Assembly: GCA_036867785.1 (NCBI GenBank)
Contig: CP145410.1
Location: forward strand, 620,001 to 684,000
Length of the DNA stretch: 64,000 nt
Reading direction: 5' to 3'
Source of the DNA: Plasmodiophora brassicae
Taxonomy: Eukaryota
The first letter of the stretch is position 1. Every line of letters starts with the position of its first letter. Below the pieces are notes generated by a model. The model was not told where the DNA came from and did not search any database. It worked only from the letters and a program-made list of their open reading frames with translations. Below, one piece after another: positions 1-11,140 of the stretch. The position numbers and the translations under genes are program-made.

Positions 1-2500
1 ACCCGTCCCCGTTCGCGCCTGGCAGCCGTGCGCCCCGGTGCATCCAGCCAGAACGAGCGTCTCCAGACACTTCTGGATCATCGCCGATTCGCTGATGCGG
101 AATACTAGGGCGGCGCGCATATAATCATTGTCGGCATCATCGTGATCATCTTCCGAGTCCGACATCAGATCTGGTACTTCGTCATCATCGTCGCCGAATT
201 TGTCTTCAAAGAACGCGATGTCTCTCGTTATCACGACCTTGGAGCGTTCTGGATCGCAAATTCGGTACCCTTTGGTTGCTTCCGGGTACCCGACGAAGAC
301 GCCTCTGCGCGCCTTCGAGTCCAGCTTCTTTGCCTTGTCGTCTTTGTACATGACCCTGCAACCTCACGTCCGTTATAGATGTGCCACATCCGGCTTGACC
401 TTGTGCACCTTCTCATAAGGGGTCACTCCGACGTCCAGAGCCCTGCTGCTGCTGCGGTTCCGTAAGTAACACGACGTGTTCACCGCCTCAGCCCATCACG
501 ATTTGGCCATGCCCGCGTGATGAAGAATCGTCCTTGCCATCTCCAGCAGCGTTCGTCCCATGCGTTCCGCGACGCCGTTCTGCGCTTGTCTGCGCGGGAC
601 GCTCTTCTCGTGCTTGATTCCGTTGCTTCGTAGGTAGTCCTCGAATTCCTTACTGGCGTCGCGGAACGCATGGAACGAACACTGCTGGAGATGGCAAGGA
701 CGATTCTTCATCACGCGGGCATGGCCAAATCGTGATGGGCTGAGGCGGTGAACACGTCGTGTTACTTACGGAACCGCAGCAGCAGCAGGGCTCTGGACGT
801 CGGAGTGACCCCTTATGAGAAGGTGCACAAGGTCAAGCCGGATGTGGCACATCTATAACGGACGTGAGGTTGCAGGGTCATGTACAAAGACGACAAGGCA
901 AAGAAGCTGGACTCGAAGGCGCGCAGAGGCATCTTCGTCGGGTACCCGGAAGCAGCCAAAGGCTAGCGAATTTACGATCCAGGAAGGCAAATTCGGCAAC
1001 GATGATGATGACGAAGCACTGGATCTGATGTCGGACTCGGAAGATGATCACGATGATGCCGACAATGATGGCGGTGGTGAGAAGCAGGAGGAGCAGGAGG
1101 AGGTCCAGGAGCGACGTTCCGGACGAGAACGAAAGGCACCTGTTCGATATGGGTTCGACGAATACGCCGGGATGGCGATTGAGGAAATGCTCATGACGAC
1201 CCAAGGAGACCCGAGAACGAGGCGCGAGGCGCTGGAGTCGGCGGATGCAGAAAAGTGGCAAGTCGCGACTGATAACGAGTTGTAAAGCCTGAACAAGAAC
1301 CGAACTTGGGAGCTGTGCCCAAGACCAGCTGGACGGAAGGTCATCGACGGACGCTGGGTGTTCAAACTGAAACGGGACCAGGACGGCAACCCGTCCCGTT
1401 ACAAAGCTCGCTATGTTGCACCGCCTTGATCTTTCTTTCATCCCCGACGGTGATCTCCACCGGAACCTTCAGAGCTTCGTAATTCTGGAATCTTGTCTTG
1501 TCACCACACCGCCTTGGCTGCTTTCATTTGCTCCGCCTCGTTCTCCGACTCCGCGCCGGGAACCTCTCCGTCGTCCTCCGAGTCGTCCGTGATCAGATCG
1601 GGGACATCCTCGTCGTCCAACTCCGCGCTGCGACCTCGCTGGCCTCCTCCAGCAGATACGCCGTGAGCAGGAACTCCTGCTTTGCTGCCTTGGCTGACTC
1701 CTTCGACTTGTTTCTGCAGTCTTTCGCCAGATGGCCCTGTTTTCCGCACTCAACAGTTGCGCGTTTCCTTCACCTTTCTTTTGCTCTTCTTCCGCGACAC
1801 CGTCTTGTCGCCCGTGAAGAGAGCCGATTCACCATCACCGTTCTCGCCACCCTTCTTGCGTCGCAGCCTAGCATCCTCCAGGAGGAGATCGCTGCAGATC
1901 GCCTCCACCGTCGGATTTGCCACTCGCAGTAGTACAGTTACAGCAACTTGCAAGTGCTTCGCACTTCGCAGTCACGTTTGTGAGCAGCACCTGACAAATT
2001 CTGCATCCGACATCGTCCCGCCGGCCGCCTTCAGCTTGAACAGCTTCTTCTTCATGCTCAGCAAGTAGTCCTGCAGGCTGTTGTTCCCTTTGTACTCGGC
2101 TCCCCACAGGTCCTTCTCGATAGCCACTGCGTGTGCCGTACTTGGTGTCGACGCATACTGGTTCTGGAGGATTGCCCAGGCTTCGTGCACGGTCTCGGTT
2201 GCCATTATGTGCACCATGACACTCCGCTCCACTGCCGCGACGAGCTGCGCGAAGACCTCATCCTCCTGATCCGTCTCCGCCTTGGTCGTGATCAGGGCGC
2301 TGGCCTTCCGCCCGCGCAAGAACGCCTTGAACGCGAACGCCCACGTGGGGTAGCTGTCCGCGCCCTTCAACTTTTCCCCTTTGAAGCTCTTTGAGACATG
2401 GGCTGCCATAACCTGTTATGTTTTCTTGGCTTCCTGCTTGGTCGTGGAACTAGTCGACATGTTGGAAATGGGTCGAAATGATGAATGAATTGAAGTACTA
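1..2500 (-). mobile_element. Decayed, internally rearranged Ty1/copia LTR retrotransposon (LTR remnant, PBS, gag, zinc knuckle, protease region, integrase, RT fragments)
   Basis: The minus strand reads TAACA|GGTTATGGCAGCCC around 2418-2400, an LTR end CA followed by a copia-type GGTTATGG PBS that contains the gag ATG. Gag ORF 2409-1972 (KLKGADSYPTWAFAFKAFL...EAWAILQNQY). Frameshifted C..CGKQGHLAKDC knuckle near 1760-1715. Integrase core (EFEDYLRSNGIKHEKSVP..QNGVAERMGRTLLEMARTIL) at 650-496. On the plus strand, 655-1420 carries KLDSKARRGIFVGY and the RT N-terminus (TWELCPRPAGRKVIDGRWVFKLKRDQDGNPSRYKARYVA), with stops. Confidence 0.92.
124..1069. repeat. Long inverted repeat (arms about 124-576 and 655-1069, loop 577-654) made of copia integrase sequence
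   Basis: The ORFs 231..416(-) and 815..1285(+) begin with the same 49 aa. ...tgcgttccgcgacgcc (ends 576) is the reverse complement of ggcgtcgcggaacgca (starts 655). The left arm has an extra segment of about 45 nt near 203-248. Confidence 0.93.
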
Positions 2501-2579
2501 GACAACGGAGGCGGCGTGGGCTCGCGCCTCGCAGTGCGCGCCGAGTCGCTCGTTAGGGAGACGTGTGCACCAGGCAGCG

Positions 2580-3877
2580 ATGGCGTCCCGTGTCAGGGAA
2601 ACGTATCGCGGGCACGCCGGCCCAGTGGAATGCGTTTGCGTTTGTCGGCAGGCCGACCATCTGTTCCTGTCGGGCGGGTCGGACGGCACGGCCCGCCTGT
2701 GGGATCGCCGGACGGACGGCAGGGTTCGGATCGCTGCGCCCCCCGGTTTGATGTCCGGCCAGGAACGTTCATGCGCTGATGCAGAGGGCTGCCCGGTGCA
2801 TACCTGGGGACGGCACTAGCGTCGGCAGCGTCGCCAGTGAAGACGCGGAGATGGTCCTTGTGGCAGCTGGCAACAGCGTGCGGTTCTACGATCTTCGACG
2901 AGCGGATTCGAACGCTGTTATAATCAGGCCTGCGTCGACATCAGTCCTATACACAGGTGCCTGGCGATAGGTCGCGATTTCGACCTGATGGGGGTCTAAC
3001 GGGATCAAACAGCATCCGACGACGTCAACCAAGTCAGGGTTCGCGAAGGCACGTTTGTTACAGGGGACGACACTGGCGCGGTCGTCATCGGGGACGTTTC
3101 AGACGATCCAGCCGACCATGTCGTCATTGCTGAGGGTCAATCGAGTCGGCTATGTCTGCTGCCGTTCCGGTGAACCTGACCCTGACCTGCGCAGCACATT
3201 CCAGCATATGCATCGCAACCGAGATCACAAGTGATTGCTGCATAACTGGTGGCATGGACTCGATGGTGCACATTTGGGACGTTGAGTAGGATGAGCGGGC
3301 CGGCATGCGATCAATATGATCCCCTGACCACGTGTCTTGATAGTGGCGCGTACGTCGGATCCGTTTCGATGTCGTTCCCAGAGGGGTCGGGGACGGTCGT
3401 GCAGCCGTCAATGGTTCACTCGATGGGTGCCTCTCGAGACGGGTCGATACTCGCAGTTGGCCTGGGCAACGCTGACGTTTCGCTGTGCGACATTGCGTCA
3501 GTTAAAGACGTCGCCCGACTCCATGGCCACACTGGCATAGTCTGCGCTGTCGAGTTTGCCCTCTGGAATCCAGGTGCGTCTCGCTCAGAACACGACAACA
3601 TCGTTTTCTGCTTCCTCTAATGCTCTGTATAACTGCAGATAACGTTGTCGTTTCCGCTTCGACAGATTCCACCATTGCGCTGTGGGACCTGTCGTCATCA
3701 TCGTCGTCGGCACCCGTCTCTGGTCTCTCTCGTGTCGAGCAAGACTTCTTCGACACGGGCGCCATGCTCGACCGCGTGCATCTCGAGCATAAACCCAACA
3801 GCGTATCCACGACCAGCGACCACTGTATTCTCATCGCGGATTCGTCGTCCTCCATCACATCACTACGCTTGGTTTGA
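2580..3877 (+). CDS. WD40-repeat protein, WDR53-like (multi-exon)
   Basis: GH..WD repeats (GHAGPVECV...SGGSDGTARLWD; TGGMDSMVHIWD; GHTGIVCAVEF; SASTDSTIALWD). The PSMVHS motif and the C-terminal LEHKPNSV...ILIADSSSSIT resemble WDR53. Confidence 0.75.
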
Positions 3878-3924
3878 GCGTCCTGCCGCACCGATTATAC
3901 ACGAATAGTTAATTGGCCACATAT

Positions 3925-6900
3925 TCAACTGCGACGGCGACGACGGCGACGTCGCCCACCGGACGCGTTCTGCTTCGCCGACACCGAATCTGTCGATATC
4001 GGCGACGCGGTCCTCGTTGACACCATTGCCAGCAACATGTCCGACTTGTCCTGGGATCCCGAGCTTGATTGTGAGGTGGGGTCGTCGTCGAACAATAGGT
4101 CGATGCTGGACAGTCCGACAACGCTTTCGCCGTTGTTGCCGCGATCACATTCGCTGGACTCTCCGATGCTGGGCATCTTCACTCCCAACAGGTGGAAGGT
4201 CGCGTCGAGATCGGGCACAGCGCTGTCTTCGCCAACGGCACTGCCGAGCGTTCCGTCAGGCTTGGTGGCCCCGTCGTCCTCGCCGTTTATCTGGTTGATG
4301 ACGAGATTCAGATCAGCGACTTTCAGCTCTTCGAGACGACGGAATGCCGCCTCGAGTTCAGTTTCGTCAGACTCGCCGTCAACGTTGATGATGCCGAGGC
4401 CATCGTCCGATTCCGTAAGCATCGCAAGGTCGTCGTCATCGTCATCGTCATCGTCGTCGTCCTTGACAGCGTCGTCTTCTTCATCGACGTCCCCTTCAGC
4501 GGCCAGCGCGTCTTCTTCTTTCATGTCATCGGCTTTTGTCGTCGTCCTTGTCGACATCGCCTCAAGAACCCTGAGCACATATGCCATCCTTAGCCCAATA
4601 TGAGGCAGGAACGTCAAGGGAAGGCCCTACCTATTGCCGGGCATGAAGAGTTCCTCGACGAGCGATGCTGGTGGCTGGCCGTGACCAAGTATATCCAGGG
4701 CGCCGTCCGGCAAACCTTCATCACTGCCGTCGATGATCTGGGTTAGGATGGCGGCTGCTTCCCGCACCATGGGATGCCAGTCTCGCAGAAGAGCACGAAC
4801 AGCAACCTGGATAACCTCCGGTTGCTTCTTTAGAACCGCAGGGGACGTTCCTGAAGCGGCCCAAATCAAGCGCAAGCCCCAGAGACGCGACGAAGCGTTC
4901 GACGCGTCCAAGCAGGCCTCACAGGCAGAGTCGACCCATAGCATATCGGGTACGCGGGGGCGACTCGCGGCACCTTCGCCCGTTGCTTCCAAATGCTCTT
5001 GACGATTAATCGTCACGATCCGTAGCATAGCCCACAGGCACATGGCCCGCACATTATGCCAGTTAGACGTTGCCGACCAGCGTAGGAGAAGCGACCAGAT
5101 GGCTACTAGCGTGTCGCTGCCGATGTCGTCGCTGCTGACGACCAGGTTCTGGAGAGCATCGGCGATCGTAAACTGACATGATGGGTCCGAGGTCGATGCT
5201 GCTGCGCACGACAAATAGAGCGATGCAAGCGCATCGCATGATGCGGTTGGCGACTTCGACAACTGCGACAGAAGTTGCAGAGCTTCGGCGCGAATCAATG
5301 AATGCGGGTCGGCAACAAGGCGTCGCAGCACTGGTAGAACGTGATGAAGCATATCATGGGGAGCGTTTTGCACAGGCACAGATCGTGCAGCCTGATTGGC
5401 GAAACGCAGCATTTCCAGATGCTCGTCATGGTTAACGGTACCGTCTTCATGGCTGAGGCAGCATACGAGTGCAGGAAAGTATCCCAGCTTCACGATGAGT
5501 TTGCACAGCAGGCGCCGCGACGCTATAGCAGCGTCGGAGCTGGCCGTATTCCTAACCAATAATCGTTAGAACGTGGGCACGACGGTTGCCCGTTAGGTGA
5601 GATTCCGACCTGTTCAGCAGGACCAGGAGAACGGCGCGTAGATGATGCCATTTCAGCAACGGTGACAGATTCTCCAGGATCACGTTCAGCAAACCAAACG
5701 TCTCGTCGAAGACGGAATTGGGGATCCAGACCAAAAACTGGCGAAGGAAGTCAAACAGGACAGGTGATGGCTCTACAATAAAACGTCAGCTAAGGCCGGT
5801 GAAAGGGTGAACCAGCACAATAAACAAACCGGCTATAGGCGCAACGCATAGCATAGCTTGGAGTACGTCCTTCGAGGGCGAACCATCCGTCATATGGCGA
5901 ATGGCAGCAAGGAAGATAGGATCCGTGACAGCGCCAATTGACTGGGACTCAGTCGCACGGGCACCAAGGTTATTGGCTCGAACGCACATCGAAAGACACT
6001 GCCATAACGCCCGGAACGTCGGCAGGTGCATCTTAGTGCGATGAACAGTGTGCATGGATATTAACTCGTCAAGTACGGGTACGATTCCAGCAAACGGCAT
6101 CTGTGTGCCCTTGGACGGATCACGCTGTGGTTCGACGGACCTATGCGTCGTTACCATCGACATTGCACGTTAAACTGGCGTTCGCTTACCCTCGGGTGGA
6201 GTCGGCCTGCGATTCAGCAACCCGATGCAAAAGGAGGAGCAGGCCCTGAAGTGGATGGGTCGTGGGTGATTCATTCGCCGACGTTGCCATCTGATCACAG
6301 GTCTGACGAGATTGCGCACTCAAGGCCGACGCCATCCAGTCAATAAAGTCCTGTCATATGGTAAGACACCACGACATTAGATGGAGGACTATAGCAGCGC
6401 TAACCTGCACTTGGTGTTCCTGGATGACCACGGGGAACCACTCAACAAGAAGACTCCAGACCTGCGTTGCAATCCTGTTAACAGCAGGATGGACGGGACC
6501 ACATAGATAAAACACGCTTGATAGCGACTCGCATGAGATTCGAGCATCGCCCTAACAGGTAGAGAATGTCAGACAAAGACGCGACAATGTGGAATGCCTC
6601 ACAACCTGAAGGCGCGCTAAGACAATCACCCAGAAACGAAGAACCGTTGGGATGGCGTGCGCAGCAGTAGCGATATCGTCGATGAGGCGGTTCAGTTCGG
6701 GTTGAAGGGTATCTTCGGATAATCGCTGTAGCGCGCGTCCGGTTAGCTGGCCGAGGCACGACTCGATGGATTCCATAACAGGGGTGATTGAGACGGGGTC
6801 GTGAACGGATATGATGGCGGATGTCATAACCGGAAGGTATGGCGCGCAATCGCAGCCAAGAACGTCAATTACAAACTCGAGGCAACGTGCAGCGGCCTCC

Positions 6901-7750
6901 CTCACGAAACCCACCGGATCCGCCACCATGCGGCACAACAGCTGCGTGACAACCGTTAAGCATAGGGCGATGAAACACGTTCTACGAGACGCATACCAGA
7001 ATAAGATCCGGCTGGAGTCGGGAGACAACTGACAACGCGTCTTCATGTTTTTCGACGAGGCGATCACTGTGGACAGCCATAGATAACGCTTTCAGCTTGT
7101 CTGTGGTCTTGTTAGGACCGGTTAGCGCCGCAGCCGCAAGAACTCGAAGCCCAGCACTCGATGCGGCCAAAGATGAGAGCACGACATCATCTGAAGAACC
7201 AGTGTCGTCGAGGTTGTCAACGAAAGTGGCAGCGTTGAGGAGGAGCTCGGACGATTGTTGGTATGAGCGTCCGTCGACAAGGGCTAGGGCAGCAAGAACG
7301 TCGGTGTGCACCGCCTCTCTGAACCTCGACGCTTCTCTGAGTCTGGCGGACGCATTAAGAAGCGGTATCACTGACGGCACAGACGGCGCTACCGCCAGAC
7401 TATGCCCATGTACAGCAACGGTCAACGGGACCGTTGTTGGTGTCGTAACAATGAGGTGTGATGCAACACCCAGAACTCGGAACGAAGCATACGAACGTGC
7501 GACTTTTGACGGGGAATATCCCAAGCCCCGCAGCTCAACGTATGTCCTCACGTCGATCGGCGACGACGCCCCATCGCAGCCAACTACAACGAGTACGACG
7601 ACAGCAGGACCGGGCAGGTCGACGCGGAACGAGTCTGTCCAAGGAAAAGTCAGTTCCTCGAAGTAAACAGGCGATAGGTTTCGACATGCCATTGCTGACA
7701 GCGACCAAATCTGAGAGACAGTACCGACAAATCAACGGGGCCGAGACCAT
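3925..7750 (-). CDS. Large multi-exon HEAT/ARM-repeat protein with acidic C-terminal tail
   Basis: Consecutive minus-strand ORFs (6982-7692, 6552-7067, 5786-6163, 4627-5559, 3925-4617) separated by short intron-like gaps. HEAT-like motifs ADPVGFVREAAARCL, ADPHSLIRAEALQLL and RDWHPMVREAAAIL. Poly-Asp tract and basic C-terminus. Confidence 0.65.
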
Positions 7751-8009
7751 GTTCGCCTCCTCTCATGCAAGCGCCTTCGAACGTGGCGGATGATACCAAG
7801 TCCCAAGTCGTTAGCGGCGTGGCGTTTTAAGCCGGCGTGATGAAAACCCTGAGACGAACCGGCAAACACGACACGATACCAGTGTGCCGAGGGGCCTGGT
7901 CGTCACACAGTGACGGAGACCGCCAGAACGGCCCTTCTCTTGTTGGCTCCGACGCAAGGTGAGAGCAGCATGGCCGGGTACCCCCCGGTCACCGAACGCA
8001 AACGTTATG

Positions 8010-10136
8010 TCAGGTGGAACCACCGTTTGACCAGCGGGAGAGCTTCAGTGTTGCTCGTATTTCGTCAGCGCAACCGACGCTATCGTACAGGTCGCACAAG
8101 ATCCGCCTTGCTGCCATCATGTCCTTCGACTGCAGGTCGGACAATGAGCAGAGCTTGCGAAATACACGACAGGCACGTTCCACGTCGCCGTGCTTGCGAC
8201 AAGCATCGAGCAGTTCCATCCACGATATACATGATAGAGTCGTCGTCGCCAGCTGCTCGCATTTGTCCAGGTCGCCTAGCCTGGCGTGCAAGCCGATCAA
8301 GCAGGCCAGATGGAGGTCGTTCATGGTGATATGCCAGGTGCTGCAAAGCTCAGAGACGATACCGATCGCGAGGTCCAGGTCAGCGGCATGCCTGCATGCG
8401 GACAAGAGGGCGCCCAGCGTTACCTCGTCAGGCCTCAGGTTCGCCGTTTTCAACTGTTCGAACGTAACCATCGCGTCGGTGAGCATTCCAACGTTAGCGT
8501 ATGCTGCGATCATGGACGTGAACGTTACGACGTTTGGTGTCGACGTTTGACGTCGATCGCTGAACACGCGCTTGGCGGTACGAAGGTGTCCACTTTGAGC
8601 AAAAGCAGTGATAAACGCGCTGGTGAGATAGTCGTCTGAAGGCGCGACAAGGCACCAACGTTCGTGCAAGGAATACAGGAAGTCGACGTGCGAACAGCGG
8701 CCGCAACCGGCAACAAGGCAGCAAAGCGCAGGTATATCCAGGTCGATGCCACGTCTGCGCATGGCGTCCAGCAAGGCCATTGCCTGAGTAATGCAATCGG
8801 CCTTCGCGAATGCCGAAACAATGTTGAAACAGATCTCGGGCGACAGCATCAGGACACCTGGACTTTGCAGAACACGCTCACAGAATTCGACCGCTTTGAC
8901 GTGCACGCCATGGCGGCTGTAAGCAGCAATCATCGTATTGAACGTCGATGGACTTGGCACTGCCTCCTTGGCCCGTTCACCAAAGACACGCTCCGCTTCA
9001 TCCAGGTGACCACATCGATCATAGGCTGATACGAACGCGCACACGACAATGTCATTGTCTAGTAATGCATGCTGCCGTGCGTACTGCTGAAGAATTTCGA
9101 TGGCGGGCCGGTCAGAACACCGACCACACGCCGCAACAAACGAGACCAGAACAGGAGCGACAACGATCACGTTACGTTGAACCATGGTTCGGAAGACGGC
9201 CATGCCCTGGGTGACCCGATCCGCATTGGACAATGCAGATAGGATGTGGGTGAAGATCTGTTCGGATGGCGGCAGCAAGATGGCATCCATCAACGGGATA
9301 ACGTTGCAGGCCGCATCGACTCGGTTCTGCGACACGAGCGCCTTGACCAGGTTGCCGAACGTCTGGCGGTTCCGGTGCGGAGCAATACGACCATGACGAA
9401 TGAGGCGTAGAAGGTGTTCGGCGGTGTCGGCCGCGTCTGGCGAGTGACCTTCGGCGCAGCACGCCGCAAACATTGACAACAGCTTCTCGGTCACATCGAC
9501 CTGGTAGTGGATGGAATCCCTCACCAGGGCGAGCGCCGAACCCGGTCGATTGGACGCTCGACAAACGTGCGCGACGCTGTAGATGGCGTTGTGGGAGCGT
9601 AGCCCGCATTTCGCATAGAGCGCCAGAACGTCAGAGAGTCTCGGGGGCGTTGTCATCAGGCAGGCATGGACGAAGTTGCCGAACAGGCTATCGCACACGT
9701 CAACACCATTGCAAAGTGCGGCATCGAGAACAGTCGGCGCTTTCCCAGGCAGACATCTCTTGCAAGCCGACATCATCGACTGGAAGAACCGGATATCGGG
9801 CCGCCCATCGCAGCAAGCGAGGGCCCGTTCAAAGATCGTCCATGCGCGCCCAGGATCGTCTTCGTGTTTCAGCGCGCGAACTGCCAGCCGCACCGACGGC
9901 GCGCGGAGGAACTTCCGATACAGGTCCTTCGATGCGGGCCGCCGCGTCGCCGCTCCTGCTGGCGACTGCTCCGACGAGCGCCCTGGGCCAGGCAGCGGCC
10001 GCGGCCGCAGACTATACAGCGCCGTTCGCCTCTCGAGCAGCGCGCATCGCGTCAGCATTGCCGGGGACGACGGCAGTGCAGCTGCCTGCCACGGGGAACC
10101 GCGAACAGCGCCCCTGCCCCTGGGGACGAACTTCAT
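8010..10136 (-). CDS. PLS-class (E-type) pentatricopeptide repeat protein, intronless, no DYW domain; likely start Met at 10058
   Basis: 708-aa ORF with tandem 31-36-aa PPR motifs (TFNTMIAAYSRHG, TFTSMIAAYANVG, PDEVTLGALLSACRH). E1-like SWMELLDACRKHGDVERA. Arg-rich N-terminus MLTRCALLERR. Confidence 0.9.
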   Translation of the reverse strand: MKFVPRGRGAVRGSPWQAAALPSSPAMLTRCALLERRTALYSLRPRPLPGPGRSSEQSPAGAATRRPASKDLYRKFLRAPSVRLAVRALKHEDDPGRAWTIFERALACCDGRPDIRFFQSMMSACKRCLPGKAPTVLDAALCNGVDVCDSLFGNFVHACLMTTPPRLSDVLALYAKCGLRSHNAIYSVAHVCRASNRPGSALALVRDSIHYQVDVTEKLLSMFAACCAEGHSPDAADTAEHLLRLIRHGRIAPHRNRQTFGNLVKALVSQNRVDAACNVIPLMDAILLPPSEQIFTHILSALSNADRVTQGMAVFRTMVQRNVIVVAPVLVSFVAACGRCSDRPAIEILQQYARQHALLDNDIVVCAFVSAYDRCGHLDEAERVFGERAKEAVPSPSTFNTMIAAYSRHGVHVKAVEFCERVLQSPGVLMLSPEICFNIVSAFAKADCITQAMALLDAMRRRGIDLDIPALCCLVAGCGRCSHVDFLYSLHERWCLVAPSDDYLTSAFITAFAQSGHLRTAKRVFSDRRQTSTPNVVTFTSMIAAYANVGMLTDAMVTFEQLKTANLRPDEVTLGALLSACRHAADLDLAIGIVSELCSTWHITMNDLHLACLIGLHARLGDLDKCEQLATTTLSCISWMELLDACRKHGDVERACRVFRKLCSLSDLQSKDMMAARRILCDLYDSVGCADEIRATLKLSRWSNGGST

Positions 10137-10267
10137 CCAGCGTTACGACACGACGAACGCCGTCACAACGAACATATTATTGATGTATAGGCTGGCGTGA
10201 CCCATCTGTAGCGTCGTCGTCGAGCGTCGGTTGATGCTGACGCTGGCCGTTGCCGGTGGGCAGAGCG

Positions 10268-11098
10268 TCACGTTCGGACACCAGTTATCCACCTGAGGCG
10301 GCCGTTGTAATCGCGATGCGCCTCGACGAGGTCCAGACCAGCCGAGCGCATCCACTGTTGCAGTCGGAGCGTCTGGAACGTCTCGCCGTACTCGATGACA
10401 AGGGACGGCGCCGATGAGGACGACGCCGCCCTTGGTCGAACCAGATAAGGGGTGGCCCGTATGATGCTCCGGCAAACGTCTAGACCGAGATGCCCAGCGC
10501 AAAGAGCACGTGGGGACTCCCAGCGTCGCACGCCTTCATCAAGCCGTCGCCAGTGATGAACAGGAATGTAGGGCGGGTTCGACACGACCATATCGAACAT
10601 GCTGCCGCCGTTCAGGTCCAGCGCCCTCCCGACCCACCCATCGTCATCGCCGACAACCATCTCCGCGAACCGGACGCTCTTGCAGCCGACCTTTACAGCA
10701 TTGTCGCCGGATTGCTGAACGGCATCGGGCGACGCATCGATCGCAACGACGGACAGGCCAGGAACGGCGCTGGCTAACGCCAGACTAATGCATCCTGTGC
10801 CGCACCCGATCTCCAGGACGGTCTCCGACCCGGTGACCCGCCCCGCCAGCCAGGCGCACCACTGCTCTGTCTCCGGCCTCGGTATCAGCTGCCCAGGTCG
10901 GCAGTGCACGTCGATGCCGACGAACGGCTGCGTGCCCAGCACGAGCTGCAGCGGTTTCCCGGTGAGGCGATCGCGCAGCAGGTCGGCGGCGTCCTTCCCA
11001 GTCGACCTGGCGTGCTCCATGATCCAGCGCGCTTCCTGCCCTGGGCAGTCGGTGACACGGGACGCGCGCAGCGCCGCCTGAATCGATGCCAGGCGCAT
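10268..11098 (-). CDS. HEMK1: HemK/PrmC (MTQ1-like) release-factor glutamine methyltransferase
   Basis: LIPRPETE, EIGCGTGCI SAM-binding motif and the NPPY catalytic motif. Confidence 0.9.
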   Translation of the reverse strand: MRLASIQAALRASRVTDCPGQEARWIMEHARSTGKDAADLLRDRLTGKPLQLVLGTQPFVGIDVHCRPGQLIPRPETEQWCAWLAGRVTGSETVLEIGCGTGCISLALASAVPGLSVVAIDASPDAVQQSGDNAVKVGCKSVRFAEMVVGDDDGWVGRALDLNGGSMFDMVVSNPPYIPVHHWRRLDEGVRRWESPRALCAGHLGLDVCRSIIRATPYLVRPRAASSSSAPSLVIEYGETFQTLRLQQWMRSAGLDLVEAHRDYNGRLRWITGVRT

Positions 11099-11140
11099 GC
11101 CTCCTTACCTGTACTGACTGGAGTGCGCGGCGGCGTCGCC

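Noticed and set aside
4430-4462. (TCG/TCA)n trinucleotide run
   Set aside because: It simply encodes the poly-Asp tract of the HEAT-repeat protein.
7811-8023. Short ORF just past the stop of the E-type PPR (ITFAFGDR..., CRVC) as a frameshifted DYW remnant
   Set aside because: It has no HxE, no CxxCH spacing and no HHF/CSC/DYW. The resemblance is too weak.
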